This document shows positions 41,701 through 51,560 of a stretch of 64,000 bases of DNA, in pieces; within the stretch, counting starts at the first letter, position 1, and the number at the start of each line of letters is the position of its first letter. The notes beneath the pieces are model-generated. The model saw nothing but the letters and a program-made list of their open reading frames with translations. It was not told the origin of the DNA and did not search any database. Made by a program: the position numbers and the translations under genes. The stretch lies in assembly GCA_951804945.1 (NCBI GenBank), contig OX638150.1, positions 24,862,001 through 24,926,000 on the forward strand, given 5' to 3'. This DNA is from Podarcis cretensis. Lineage: Eukaryota.

Positions 41701-44700
41701 GGTTGATGGAGGGCTTCTAATTTTTAGTGATTCTCCCTTCCCTCAACAGGTGCAACATGTTCTGGAGCACTGCAGCATTCTGGAGAGACATCTGGTCCTC
41801 CGGAGAGGCTTGCTTGCTTGCATACATACATACATACATACATACATACATACATACACACACACAGAGACACACACACTTGTGAATCACTTCACACAAA
41901 ACATCCCAAAGTGATTTACCAATAAAAATACAAGTCACAGAGACAAGATGATATTTCAGGTATCCTGGTCCCAAGCTGTTATAACAGGGCTTTGTAAACC
42001 AGTACCAAGTCTCAGATGGCTGCAGCAGGGGAGGAAGGCACAGGAAACTTTCCTTTTATGAACTTTCTTAAGTTGGCTTAACTTATTATGTGCTGCTTCT
42101 TCCTGGAGTAGCATAATGCAGTGATATGAGATAAATAAATGGAACAAAAGTTGAATTAGCACCAAAGAACTAAGAAATATGCATACCAAAAAGCTGTGTC
42201 TTGAAGTCCCATTACCATTAAAAATTCCTTCAGTTTCTTCTCTTTTTCTGTCATAATATGAATAGTCAAAAAATAGCCAAAAGGTGAAAAGGCAATAACT
42301 AAGTAAATTAAGATTACTGCACGAAAGAAATTATCTATTTCCACAACAGCAGACTTTCCCATCTTGACAGCTTTTGCTGATTCCAGTTCTTCCAAAACTG
42401 ATTTATTAGTCTTCAACTAAGAAAAATGAAATGTTAAAATCAGATTTCAAATTACTCTAGCAGCTATTTCAACAGGCATTTTTTATTTCCAAAATAAACT
42501 GTAAATCTGCAAATACCAATCTCATTGCTTTAATTAGTTTTTATACCAAATTTAACTTACTGCCATGAAACTCAAAAGGGATCCTTCACAACAGCATTTT
42601 GGTTACAAGGTATAGTGAGTGCCCAGAGTTTGCTATGTTCTGCTTTCACCAAGTTCACATTTTCCAAAAGCAGGTATGGCAATCTTTATAGATTACACTT
42701 TATTCTGTCTCTCAGAGGTACAATAAACCTACCATTAAAATTATGGACTGGTCATTTCTTCATCAGGGGGCAAACAGGCAAATTTAGCATGGGATCAAAT
42801 ACTTTCCCCCCTACTGTACATTCAGGATACCAGTTCAATATGTCAGAATCCCTCTTTAAAAAATCAGTACCAAATTATTTTATTATATGAAAGAGTGGCC
42901 ACATAAATTCTGCAGCATTCATTATTACTCAGATATTCATGAACTGGAAATCTTCATTTCATTATTACTCAGATATTCATGAACTGGAAATCTTCATTTC
43001 TCAGAGTTCTAGAATATCAGTGTGGCAGGATGCAATTGCTGGATCTAGTAGCCCAGTGTAGTGAAGCAGTCTTTTAGGTCTGGCAGCACCTATACTTCCA
43101 AATTCCCTTCTAATTGTCAATAGGCAGGCACTTTTACTTCATATAAATGCCGGCTGAAAACTGTTATTTCAGCAAGCCTACTCAGACATATAATTTAAGT
43201 ATCTATATTTGTTTTTAAAAGTTTTACTGATTATTATTTTATGTATACAGTGGTACCTCAGCTTTCGAACATCTCCATTGACAAACATTTCGGTTTTCAA
43301 ACGTCGTAAATGCTTTGGTTTTCGAACTCACCTTGGAAGTTGAACATGCCATGCGGCTTCCGTATTGAGGCTTCCGTAATGAGTTTTTGGTTTTTGAACA
43401 TTTCGGATCTCGAACTGTCTTCCAAAACCGATAATGTTTCAAAACCAAGGTACCATGGTATTTGACAACTTTGTGAATTTTAACAGTGTTTTCTTGATAA
43501 ATGTATGTGCCGTGCTTAAATAGTGGTTTATGAAATTTCATAAACAAAATTTTAATGGTGACTCTCACAAACTTTTTTCTCACTTGGTTCGTGAGGAAAA
43601 AAATACAAAGTAGTGTTTGCTGGATACATATTGGTAATTGCTACAGTGTCTATTAAAGGATACATATGGGTGTCAAATACAAATTCATGTGAGTAGAACT
43701 CCACTCAGAGGGTACTCCCACTGGCAGAAGAAGAGGGGTGAGGCAATTTTGACTAATTGTCCCATGCCTATAAAACCCCCATGTCCCACCCTCAATTCTG
43801 CTCCAAAGGCTTCCACAACTCTCTAAAATAACATGTAAGGTGAGCTGCATAGGAAAGGAGGTAATCAGAAAAAAACTGCCTCCTCCCACCATTTCGTCCT
43901 TGAATAGAATGAATACTTCCATTTGCAGAAAGGTAACTCAAGATTCAAATCATGGCTTTTAACACATATATTTATACTACGTATATACACGGGGATCCAT
44001 AACTGGCCATAGTTCCTTAGGGGTATATATACAGTATTCATTTGCATAAATGTATATGGTAACACTCAGAATAAATTATATGCCATTAATGGTTGACACA
44101 GATATCCTGATGGAAATCACTGCCTAAACTTAACATTCAGTGATGAACGGAAATGTTACTATCATGCCTTAGGCTTAGGGGAAAGCACCTCATTGCATTT
44201 GTTCACACATCACATTGAGCCAAACAAAAACAAACAAACAAACAAACCTCTCAGAAAGGAGATTAGAGCTGCCTTCCTCTTCCCTAATTGTTCTGTACTG
44301 TGCTGCTGACTTAGCATGTCATCCAAAACTTGCATTTGTGGTTTCGCTTTCCCAGACAAGCCGTGAGCTGTAAACCACGGAAGCAGCCTTGGTTGCAGTT
44401 CGTGGTTTGTCTGGGGAGAGCTAAATCATGAAAGCAGCTATGATCTCTTATCCAGGAGCCCACGCATTTGCTGATTTGGCTTAACATGATGTGCGAAGGA
44501 CACCATTATATAAATATCCTGAAATACGGGGGGGGGGGACCCATAATACCTTTTGATATGTCAGCTATTACAAAATAATGGTGATTCAGAGTTGCTCACA
44601 TTCCGATTATTTATCTTTACCTCTATAATTGCTGCATCAATGTAGATCTGTATGCCTGCAAATCCATAATGCCAGTATATTTCAGCTTCACACATTTTGG

Positions 44701-47700
44701 AAGGGGTTGAACAACTGGCTATGGAAAAAAATCAAAGCATAAGAAGGAAAATCTAAACTCTGTTAATTATTCAAAAGCATCAAAACTGGGTTGACATTAG
44801 GTTTCTGCACTATACATGCAGATTCTAAAAACTTATGAATTTACTCATCTCCACCATTCTAGATACCATACCAGCATGGATAGATTGCCCTACAATTCAT
44901 GCAGAGGATCAAGATACTGATGCTCAGAAATTAATAAAATAGCCATGCAGAGCTATACACAATCGGCAAAACAAGTAGTAGCAGATAGCCTTGCTATTGC
45001 AAGCCACTCCTATGACTGAAATAGGACACAATACGGAGTTCTCTATTCAATGAGTAATGCCAATTGTGCAAGTATCTTCAAAATCTGGGAGATTGCAAAC
45101 AGGACCTAAAATAAGCATGTGGAAAGGATTCCTAAATATCTATTTCTATTAAAACAGTTTTCTCCTATTATAATTGTTGACTGTTTTTTCGAGTCTCCAT
45201 TTTCAAGACAAGGTCAAACATCTACGTTTTGTACTTTAAAATTAACAAGCACACATATTTTATATATTCATTTATTTAAACTTACCTATTGATGTCGGGA
45301 GGATTAAAGATCTTGGAGCCACTACAGTAGGAAATCTGAGGTGATAGGACATGGAATCATTGAAAATGACACCCACAAAGTTTTCTGGGTCCTGAAGACT
45401 AGCCTCTTCCATTTCTGCCTCACTCAGAAATTCTTTTGCATCTTCTGCTGCAAAATAGCAAAGTTACTTGATTACTTTTTTGCAGGAAGCTGCCTAATAC
45501 AGAGTCAAACCACTGGGTCCATCTAGTTCAGAGATCTCTATGCTGGCTTTGACTAATTCCAGCTATAAAAGCTACTACTGCTAAAGGTACCAGGGGAGCG
45601 ACAGAAACTGTTACTGTTGAAGGTGACAGAGATCCACCTTGCCATGAGTCCAGAAAGACATGCTGCTCAGAATGCCCAGAGACTATCAGGGAGATGGGCT
45701 GGTTTTGTTGGGGTAAATATTTAATTCAAGAGGTGTGTTGTGTTTTTTTACTGTTATTGGGACTGTTTTTGTATTTTATTGTTTGTTAGACCTTTTATGA
45801 ATTATAATTTTTAGTATATTATCTAGTGATGTGTTTTAATTAGCTTGTTTGACTGTTTACATTTTGTTGTATTTTGTAACTTAGTAAATTATGCATATTT
45901 TTATATTTTTAGCTGCCTTGAGTGTAGCTTCCTAAGGAAAGACGGCACATAAATAAATGGTGATTATTATACTGACGAATTCAGGATTTCAAGCAGGAAT
46001 CTCTCTTGGACTTCCTGAAGATGTTGAGAATTGAACCCAGGGCTGTCTGTATCAAAGCAGATACTCTGTCATTAAGCTAAGGCCCTCCCCCAATGAGAGC
46101 TGTAATTCAACATCTGGAGGGCCACAGGTTCCCCATCCCTAGATGAGCATGGCTTTCTTTTATTTCCAAAATAGGAGGATTTTTTTCCATTTTCCTTTGC
46201 GACTCAGTTCTGTTCATTAGCCTTGTATTGTGCACTTTATGCTAGATATGGTGCAAGTATCACCCATGAAGCACTGCCAAATCTGGCATTATCATCGCAA
46301 AGCAACCTACAAAGAGGGTCAACTCTATTCTGCTTATGGAGGGTGAGGTGGGAAGAGTGTGGAATACATATATAGTGAGCTGGGCCAAGAAAATCTTGCT
46401 GGTGCCCCATAGATCAGATCAATTGCTGACAGCTCTAAAAGCATTCTTAAAAATGTTAACATAAGAAAACATTATGCAAATTGTGTCACAAACCTATACC
46501 CAAATTCTTTCAAGTATCCAGTAATACCCCCAATACAACATAAGGCTCTAATAATTAAAATATCAAGAATGGATAAGACAAAAAGTATCTTAGAAAGTTC
46601 TCACAGCTCCTGAATTGATACTAAAAATATATAAATGCAGTACAAATAAGAAATAGACAAATTGTTTTAAAATGCCAAAATGACAACTGTGAAACAGAGC
46701 TTTAAAAGCACACCACTGTATTGTCTAGTAGTAGTAAAGGGAGTGAATATTTGGCTACATAATTATGTTTAGGTTTTAAAGAGCATTACATCCTTTTTGT
46801 TACTTTCTATGTTTAGTATGAGAAATACATGCAACAAACTCAAGCAGTTTAAACTTTTAGTATCTCTGCAATAAGACACATACTTTCCCCAGTAAATTCA
46901 AGAAGGAAAACCACACCAGACAAATTGATGAAAGACAGTGCAGAATGACAACTCATTGTACCTTCTGGGCAGTATTCTGAAGTCACTTTATGCATGATTG
47001 TTCTTGTCATATTAGTCACTGGTGTGTAGCCAATAATAAACTCAGAGATGCTGGAGCAACTCGTAGAATCAAGATTACAATCTGGAACTTCATCATGTCT
47101 TTTGTTAGGCTGAATCATGCTTATTATTATTAGCAAACCTAAAAAGGTAAGTGGAATCAGGACTTCCTGTAGATAGGGAACAAATAAGTTAAATAGTAAA
47201 AGAAGAAACGAAATGAGAGAGCCACAGTTGCATTTATGCACACAGGCCCAATGAAGACAACCAGCTTAGGTACACATAACAGAGAAGGGGGGCTGCAGCA
47301 TTTACTACAAAACGTAAAGATGAATGAGATATATGTAACAAAATGTACATACTGCTCAATAGTAAAACCTCAAAGTGGTTTGCAATTCTGCATCATGCAC
47401 TATTAATAGTTTAAAAACGTATTAGCAACTCTTAGCATTTAAAGAAAAACAGATTGTTGTCTTTATGATATATGGTTTATTTACACATATATACAAACTG
47501 AGCCTATGAAGTTCACAGCGTTAACACCCCTAAAGTGTCTTGTTTCTCCCTTATCCATAGCTCTGTCTTTGTCTCCCTTAGCCACAGCCTTGGATTCAAA
47601 CAGAAATCGAACATTTCCTACCCTTTCTCCAGCTTGCTGCTTTACTTCTAGGTCATATCACTCAAAAACTCTACTCCAAACTCTGGCTTTGTCTGTTGAC

Positions 47701-47997
47701 ATTTGCCATCTCACACTGAACCCCTTAACAACTCACCACCCAGGCTATCACTTCAGCAGGAGGCTAGTCTGTCTATTCCCAGAATAAGAAGCCTTGATTT
47801 AATTTAACACTCACTGGATCCAGGGATTGGAGTGGTCTGGCACACAGCTTAGCACTCCAAACTCATAACAGCATATAAAAAAATCAACTCACCTGAACAC
47901 TAGCCTTTTTAGTCCTCCATTTAACTAGACAGTTCTTGTATAAAAGAGCTCTGGTCTGTCGCCACACTCCTATTTGTCTCGGAGGATCCAGAGACAT
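3721..47997 (-). CDS. ABCA5: ABCA5-like ABC transporter, copy A (whole gene span; 38 coding exons, 4932 nt, 1643 aa)
   Basis: Hand-spliced exons with GT/GC-AG ends and consistent phases give an uninterrupted protein, [22 protein letters not shown]...[11 protein letters not shown], colinear with ABCA5. It has two TMD-NBD halves, Walker A GHSGTGKT and [13 protein letters not shown], and two LLDEP motifs. Which copy is the true ABCA5 ortholog is unresolved. Confidence 0.93.
4159..4214 (-). CDS. ABCA5: Copy A exon 38
   Basis: [19 protein letters not shown]; 56 nt. Confidence 0.93.
4719..4798 (-). CDS. ABCA5: Copy A exon 37
   Basis: [26 protein letters not shown]; 80 nt. Confidence 0.93.
5073..5249. 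mobile_element. pogo/Tigger-like (Tc1-mariner) MITE
   Basis: TIR CAGTGGTACCT...AGGTACCACTG, TA TSD. Confidence 0.85.
5768..5917 (-). CDS. ABCA5: Copy A exon 36
   Basis: [22 protein letters not shown]...[10 protein letters not shown]; 150 nt. Confidence 0.94.
6029..6148 (-). CDS. ABCA5: Copy A exon 35
   Basis: [39 protein letters not shown]; 120 nt. Confidence 0.95.
6316..6601. mobile_element. PIF/Harbinger-like palindromic MITE
   Basis: Imperfect TIR gggatcatccagac / gtctggatgagcac, TTA on both flanks. Confidence 0.6.
6688..6823. mobile_element. hAT-type palindromic MITE (136 bp)
   Basis: Near-perfect TIR caggcataggcaaactcggccctccagatg; exact 8-bp TSD gtcaacat. Confidence 0.9.
7168..7262 (-). 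CDS. ABCA5: Copy A exon 34 (NBD2 Walker B)
   Basis: [32 protein letters not shown]; 95 nt. Confidence 0.94.
7716..7791 (-). CDS. ABCA5: Copy A exon 33 (degenerate NBD2 signature)
   Basis: [25 protein letters not shown]; 76 nt. Confidence 0.92.
8351..8526 (-). CDS. ABCA5: Copy A exon 32
   Basis: VLMGDYS...[30 protein letters not shown]; 176 nt. Confidence 0.94.
9160..9251 (-). CDS. ABCA5: Copy A exon 31 (NBD2 Walker A)
   Basis: [31 protein letters not shown]; 92 nt. Confidence 0.95.
9346..9463 (-). CDS. ABCA5: Copy A exon 30
   Basis: [39 protein letters not shown]; 118 nt. Confidence 0.93.
9832..9955 (-). CDS. ABCA5: Copy A exon 29
   Basis: [41 protein letters not shown]; 124 nt. Confidence 0.92.
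10764..10855 (-). CDS. ABCA5: Copy A exon 28
   Basis: [30 protein letters not shown]; 92 nt. Confidence 0.93.
10979..11575 (+). mobile_element. tRNA-derived SINE (Squam3-like) interrupted by a Sauria SINE
   Basis: Head gagccagtgtggtgtagtggttagagtg, resuming after the insert with B-box ggtttcaaatccc; CORE-like body and A/T tail. Confidence 0.75.
11027..11377 (-). mobile_element. Sauria SINE (full length)
   Basis: Reverse of ggga..gtgg.gctgtgggttaaacc...(acctt)n tail; 12-bp TSD aggacctgggag. Confidence 0.9.
11714..11995. mobile_element. Tc1/mariner-pogo-type MITE
   Basis: TIR c.gtatttttcgctctataag / cttatagagcgaaaaatatgg, TA flanks. Confidence 0.8.
12498..12563 (-). CDS. ABCA5: Copy A exon 27
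   Basis: [22 protein letters not shown]; 66 nt, phase 0/0, ttag acceptor and gtaggc donor; divergent but positionally required. Confidence 0.78.
12915..13036 (-). mobile_element. Old L2 LINE 3' fragment
   Basis: Degenerate MFSVVTP.LWNALPS motif on - strand. Confidence 0.55.
13039..13650. mobile_element. Mariner-type MITE split by an L2 insertion
   Basis: Left TIR ccgtattta..caaatctaat^gcaca matches right TIR tgtgcattacattcgagtaaatatgg. Confidence 0.65.
13058..13492 (+). mobile_element. Young L2-clade LINE 3' end with (ATT)/(GAT)n tail
   Basis: Intact ORF2 C-terminus [19 protein letters not shown]...[15 protein letters not shown]...[10 protein letters not shown]; 3'UTR and microsatellite tail. 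Confidence 0.88.
14174..14308 (-). CDS. ABCA5: Copy A exon 26
   Basis: [45 protein letters not shown]; 135 nt. Confidence 0.9.
14661..14774 (-). CDS. ABCA5: Copy A exon 25
   Basis: [38 protein letters not shown]; 114 nt. Confidence 0.93.
14915..15149. mobile_element. pogo/Tigger-like MITE
   Basis: TIR CAGTGGTACCTC / GAGGTACCACTG, TA TSD. Confidence 0.85.
15931..16172. mobile_element. pogo/Tigger-like MITE
   Basis: TIR CAGTGGTACCTCGGGTTA / TAACCCGAGGTACCACTG, TA TSD. Confidence 0.88.
16809..16979 (-). CDS. ABCA5: Copy A exon 24
   Basis: [26 protein letters not shown]...EEALAV; 171 nt. Confidence 0.93.
17118..17328. mobile_element. Harbinger-like palindromic MITE (degenerate)
   Basis: gggctcacccacacttct / agaagtgtgtttgagccc inverted ends; internal similarity to 6316-6601. 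Confidence 0.5.
19227..19340 (-). CDS. ABCA5: Copy A exon 23
   Basis: [38 protein letters not shown]; 114 nt. Confidence 0.9.
19754..19891 (-). CDS. ABCA5: Copy A exon 22
   Basis: [46 protein letters not shown]; 138 nt. Confidence 0.92.
20262..20389 (-). CDS. ABCA5: Copy A exon 21
   Basis: [16 protein letters not shown]...[19 protein letters not shown]; 128 nt. Confidence 0.92.
20722..20748. repeat. (AC)n microsatellite
   Basis: Direct read. Confidence 0.9.
21165..21337 (-). CDS. ABCA5: Copy A exon 20
   Basis: [15 protein letters not shown]...[19 protein letters not shown]...[12 protein letters not shown]; 173 nt. Confidence 0.92.
21899..22192. mobile_element. PIF/Harbinger-like MITE
   Basis: TIR gggcttatccacacttacc / ggtaaatgtggataagccc; CAG on both flanks. 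Confidence 0.7.
23024..23225 (-). CDS. ABCA5: Copy A exon 19
   Basis: [33 protein letters not shown]...[19 protein letters not shown]; 202 nt. Confidence 0.93.
23324..23443 (-). CDS. ABCA5: Copy A exon 18
   Basis: [39 protein letters not shown]; 120 nt. Confidence 0.92.
23712..23851 (-). CDS. ABCA5: Copy A exon 17
   Basis: [11 protein letters not shown]...[10 protein letters not shown]...[14 protein letters not shown]; 140 nt. Confidence 0.93.
25255..25345 (-). CDS. ABCA5: Copy A exon 16
   Basis: [30 protein letters not shown]; 91 nt. Confidence 0.94.
25453..25591 (-). CDS. ABCA5: Copy A exon 15 (NBD1 Walker B and H-loop; GC donor)
   Basis: [24 protein letters not shown]...[14 protein letters not shown]; 139 nt; donor G|gcaagt. 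Confidence 0.92.
26940..27288 (+). mobile_element. Sauria SINE (full length)
   Basis: gggacgtgggtggcgctgtgggttaaacc...ggggtccctttaccttt; 13-bp TSD taccccttaacca. Confidence 0.9.
27577..27696 (-). CDS. ABCA5: Copy A exon 14 (NBD1 signature)
   Basis: [40 protein letters not shown]; 120 nt, aag acceptor. Confidence 0.94.
27833..28008 (-). CDS. ABCA5: Copy A exon 13 (NBD1 Q-loop)
   Basis: [16 protein letters not shown]...[20 protein letters not shown]...IQE; 176 nt. Confidence 0.94.
28587..28779. mobile_element. pogo/Tigger-like MITE (diverged)
   Basis: cagtggaacctc...aaggtatgactg, TA flanks. Confidence 0.7.
29197..29307 (-). CDS. ABCA5: Copy A exon 12 (NBD1 Walker A)
   Basis: [36 protein letters not shown]; 111 nt. 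Confidence 0.95.
30000..30058 (-). CDS. ABCA5: Copy A exon 11
   Basis: [19 protein letters not shown]; 59 nt. Confidence 0.9.
31369..31537 (-). CDS. ABCA5: Copy A exon 10
   Basis: [18 protein letters not shown]...[15 protein letters not shown]; 169 nt. Confidence 0.93.
32587..32734 (-). CDS. ABCA5: Copy A exon 9
   Basis: [25 protein letters not shown]...YFDQVIP; 148 nt. Confidence 0.93.
33424..33668 (+). mobile_element. tRNA-derived SINE (Squam3-like)
   Basis: A-box tggtgtagtggtt, B-box gggttcgtgtccc, (CTT)n tail. Confidence 0.8.
34124..34312 (-). CDS. ABCA5: Copy A exon 8
   Basis: [13 protein letters not shown]...[25 protein letters not shown]; 189 nt. Confidence 0.92.
36249..36359 (-). 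mobile_element. Sauria SINE 5' fragment
   Basis: aactgctaggttggcag...gagctcaccccgttg..ggattcgaaccgccgacct matches 11247-11330. Confidence 0.8.
38029..38387 (+). mobile_element. Sauria SINE (full length, CpG-rich, likely young)
   Basis: gggacgcaggtggcgctgtgggttaaa...tacctttacctttA; imperfect TSD ctatcg(g/a)cat. Confidence 0.9.
38666..38807 (-). CDS. ABCA5: Copy A exon 7
   Basis: [23 protein letters not shown]...FFLYGLSS; 142 nt. Confidence 0.93.
41821..41857. repeat. (CATA)n microsatellite next to a decayed L2 fragment (about 41940-42010, - strand, YKAL..LGPGYLK)
   Basis: Direct read; L2-type motif in the adjacent sequence. Confidence 0.7.
42187..42416 (-). CDS. ABCA5: Copy A exon 6
   Basis: [20 protein letters not shown]...[10 protein letters not shown]...[21 protein letters not shown]; 230 nt. 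Confidence 0.93.
42921..43000. repeat. Exact 40-bp tandem duplication
   Basis: attattactcagatattcatgaactggaaatcttcatttc x2. Confidence 0.95.
43248..43458. mobile_element. pogo/Tigger-like MITE
   Basis: cagtggtacctc...aaggtaccatgg, TA flanks. Confidence 0.75.
44621..44718 (-). CDS. ABCA5: Copy A exon 5
   Basis: [32 protein letters not shown]; 98 nt. Confidence 0.88.
45286..45447 (-). CDS. ABCA5: Copy A exon 4
   Basis: ...[29 protein letters not shown]...; 162 nt. Confidence 0.9.
46962..47166 (-). CDS. ABCA5: Copy A exon 3 (TM1 and start of ECD1)
   Basis: [22 protein letters not shown]...[18 protein letters not shown]; 205 nt, ag/gt. Confidence 0.92.
47893..47997 (-). CDS. ABCA5: Copy A exon 2 (coding part; exon begins 48011)
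   Basis: [35 protein letters not shown]; ttttcag acceptor, CAG|gtgagt donor. Confidence 0.92.
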
Positions 47998-50783
47998 TTT
48001 TTATGTGTAGCCTGAAAAGCAAAGCAATACATGAGTGCCTTTGCACTTTTAAAAATGCACTTTAAATTAATTTGCACCTTTAAAAATGCCCAACAATAGT
48101 TAAAAGAGCCAACTCTTACATACTCTTAAAGTTAATATTGGGTCTTTCTGGATGCTCATTCACAAGTTCTATTTTATCCCTCATTTAAATGGCCATAAAC
48201 ATTTACTGTATCCTCATTTAGGAATGAGTCACATTGAAGTAGTTCCCCCATTAAGTCAGTTTAAAAGCTACTCTAGGACTTGTTTGATGTTAACCACCAC
48301 CATTATAATCCCATCACAGATCAAATGGAGTCTTATCTCTTTTCAACAGACACAGCTATTTTCAAACTGTTCCTTGGTGCTTTAAGAAAGCTAAATTCTT
48401 TCTCTTGACTCACTCATCACCCAAACACATAGACCCTCACATTTCTGGTCCTGTGCGTAGAACAAGCCCTCACAGACCCAATCTAGTTCACCCTGCATAT
48501 GGAGCAAGTAGGAAAGCTAATGTAGTATAGTGGTTAGTGGGCTGTATAAGGATTAGGGAGACTCAAGTTCGGCACAATGTTCACTAGCTGACCTTGGAAC
48601 AGTCACTTTCTCACATACAAAGTCATCTCACAGAGCTGGTGTAAGGAAAATAAGGAAGGAGTGCATATAGCCTTGAGCTACTTAGAGGAAATGTGGAATA
48701 TGAAATATATTCAAGAATAAGTAACACTTATGGAAACACTATTGAGGAGGTTCTGAACTTCATTGTCTTTCCTTAGTTTTTCTTCCTAGATTGCACAATT
48801 CATCTGTGTCTGAGTGCCACAACTGTTGACCCCTCTCCTGCACTGTGAACATTCGCCACATATTTATAGGGTAGTAATCTGGAATTTTTCTAATAGGCAG
48901 GCAAGTCACCATACAATCAACATACCTATCACAAGTTCATATTGATTATCCACATAAGCTCCCTCTCCCAAAGGTTCGGTGACAGGGTTGCAAGTAATTC
49001 TAAATAAGGAATCTTTTAAGGTATTCTGAAAACTAATAGCTATCAACCATCTGAACAGATTTCCTCACACTTGAAGGAATCAGATATTGCAAGATTCTGA
49101 ACTTCACCAAGCAATGACTGGCCCACAACAGTGAACTAATTCTAAAGGCTCCTTCACTAGAGTAGTTCTACCTCAATCCAGATAAGGCACCAAACACATC
49201 AAGTGCATGACCTGATCCATGTATCTGTTCTCTCTATATAACAGGACAGTCCAAAGGTTGCCATGGTGGCTATGAAATCCTGAGTCACTCCTTGTATAAC
49301 AAGGCCTCATGTGGATTATTGCAGCCCCCACTCAGACCAACAGCCCAGAAATCTCCAACATGGTAAAATTGAGACCACCACAGAGATGGTTGGAACCTCA
49401 GTGTCTCCTCACAGCCCAACACTGATGGGTAAAAAAACAGAAAAGAAAAAGGAATTACTATGAAATATAGCTGTTTTGCCTGACCCTAGCCATCTATTCA
49501 CCTGTGATGCTTTGCAGATAATGCAGCTGGACATCTCCAGGACAAAATAAGACACAGTGTCACACCAGCTAGGTTTCTGTAGCACATGCCAGATCGATCC
49601 CTTCATCCAGGATTAAATCCAGGAGAACTTTCCTCTTATATAGCTTGGCACAATCTCCTTCTCCCCACCTCAGGCTAATAAACATACCTCCCTTACTTGC
49701 CCAGAATTAGCAACAGATCTTCTCCGCAAAATCCTTCCCGTGAGACAAAAAAAAAAAAAAAAACTTTCTACCTTCCTCATGGCCCAAAAAATAATAATAA
49801 TCCCTTTCACCTGAACAGTTTCCACCTTACATCTGTCTGTCAACAGCACCTATTTAAACGAGTTCCTTGGACAGCAGCCTTTCAGAACAGCCAGGTGTTA
49901 AATGTTTAATTAAAAAGCAATGCTTTTAAATTTAAAAGTATTAACCAACCTGTGGAGACTGAAAACAATCTGCTAGGGAGAGAAACGTGCAGGATCCCTG
50001 TGTCTCAGCTCTTCTGGGATCCCAAAGTCAAGACTCCTGACCCTATATGACGTCTGGCACAAGCCACACCCGTGGATGTGAAAGTCTTAAGATGGACAAG
50101 CAAGAACAGGAGTCAGCAGGAGGCCGTTAAAAGACCCCAGGAAGGAAGAAGCACAGCCACGGTGTTCCCACCGGCCCTCAGCCACACTTCAGCTCATCAT
50201 CGCCTTGCCGTCTCCTGGTTGGCATTTCGGTCCCCAACGTAGCGTTGTGCCAATCACATCCTCCTCCTCACTGCAGTCCGGGAAAGGAGGATGACAACTA
50301 ATAGAAAGCAGCAGCAAGCAGCCTCCAAGGAGCCAGACCAGGTGGTGGCAGCGGAGGCAGCTTAATGGATTGGACCTAAATGGCAGCCCAGAGAGGAGAG
50401 GATTCAAGCAGCAGCAGCAGCAACAGCAGCAGGCAATCCTAAAACCCAAGGAGGCAGGCAGGTACTGGAGCAGAGGAGCGATGAAAAGGAGGGGATAATG
50501 GGGATAAGAGAAACAGCGCCTGTTTCCTCGCTGGCCTTCATCCCGTCCTAAGCTCTCTTTTTTCCCTATTCACTGTGTCTCCAAGCGACGCCTGACTGAG
50601 TCGATTTGAGGGATGCATTAGGGCGCTGGCTCCATGCCTGAAAAGGCAACCCATGCACCAGCCTCTGCGACGCCTTTCAAAGCACAAAGGTCGGTTCCTT
50701 GCCCCTCAAGCCAAGGGCAACAAGGCATCTGGAGAAGGTGCAGCTGCTGCTGCTGCTGCTGTGGTGGGACAGCCCCCCAGCCC

Positions 50784-50875
50784 CATGGGCGTATCCAAGG
50801 GGGAGGGAGCTGCTTCCCTTAAATCAATACAAATCTGAGGACCCGTCCCCCCCCCAAATCCTGGCTACGCCCATG
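50784..50875. mobile_element. Short hAT-type MITE in intron 1
   Basis: TIR catgggcgta.cca / tggctacgcccatg; TSD not clean. Confidence 0.6.
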
Positions 50876-50999
50876 CGCCCCCCCTCCAAAAAACACAAAA
50901 GCCCCTCCTCCCTTTTATCACCAGAGTGGCTGGGGTCACCAAGTCAGATGGGCGGGGTACAACAATTTTAATTATTGTTATTATTATTACCCCACACTA

Positions 51000-51560
51000 A
51001 CGTATCCTGCCTTCCCTCGCTTGCTTTCCCCTCATGGACGCTTTAGCTGAGAACCCTTTGCTTTGCAAACAGGGTTGGGCTAGATGACCCCTCGGGGTGC
51101 CCCCTTCCAACTCGACGCTTGCAGCATCCCTCCCTTTCGCCTCACCGCAGCGCCGCTCCTCCTCACGGCGGTTTCCTTCCCGTGCCACCGCTCCCGGCCT
51201 GCGCGCGCAGCTGCTGCTGCCTCCGGGTGGGAAGAAGGCCTTTGCGTCAGGCCGGAGCCTCCCGGCCGAGCAGCGGGCGGCGGCGGCGGCGTCTCTCCGG
51301 TCCCCGAGCGGCGGGAGGGAAGGAGGGGAACGCGGGAGCGACAGCTACTTCCCGCCGGCGCCCTTCTTCACTCACCTGCGCCTTTGGTGAGGGGACCAGG
51401 GAGCCGAACTCGCCTGTCCTTGGGGCGGCGGGGGGGGAGCCTTAGCTGCACTAAGTCGTCGGCAGAGCCGCCAAATCAGAGGCAAAGACCGGCCAGCATC
51501 TTTCCTCGCTTTGCCGTCTTCGTCTCTCTGTGTGTACTGCGACCAATAAGCAAATTAACC
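51000..51560. promoter_or_regulatory. CpG island / promoter of copy A, with GC-rich boxes and a CCAAT box (51543-51547)
   Basis: Abrupt GC- and CpG-rich segment 3.4 kb upstream of the ATG exon; GGGGCGG at about 51422; CCAAT. Confidence 0.75.
51376..51500 (-). other. ABCA5: Putative non-coding exon 1 of copy A (5' end approximate)
   Basis: Strong donor CGCAG|gtgagt at 51376/51375 inside the CpG island; the start codon lies in the next exon; TSS not determined. Confidence 0.65.

Noticed and set aside
3721-47997. Copy A as a pseudogene
   Set aside because: All 38 coding exons are present with valid splice sites, consistent phases and no stops or frameshifts
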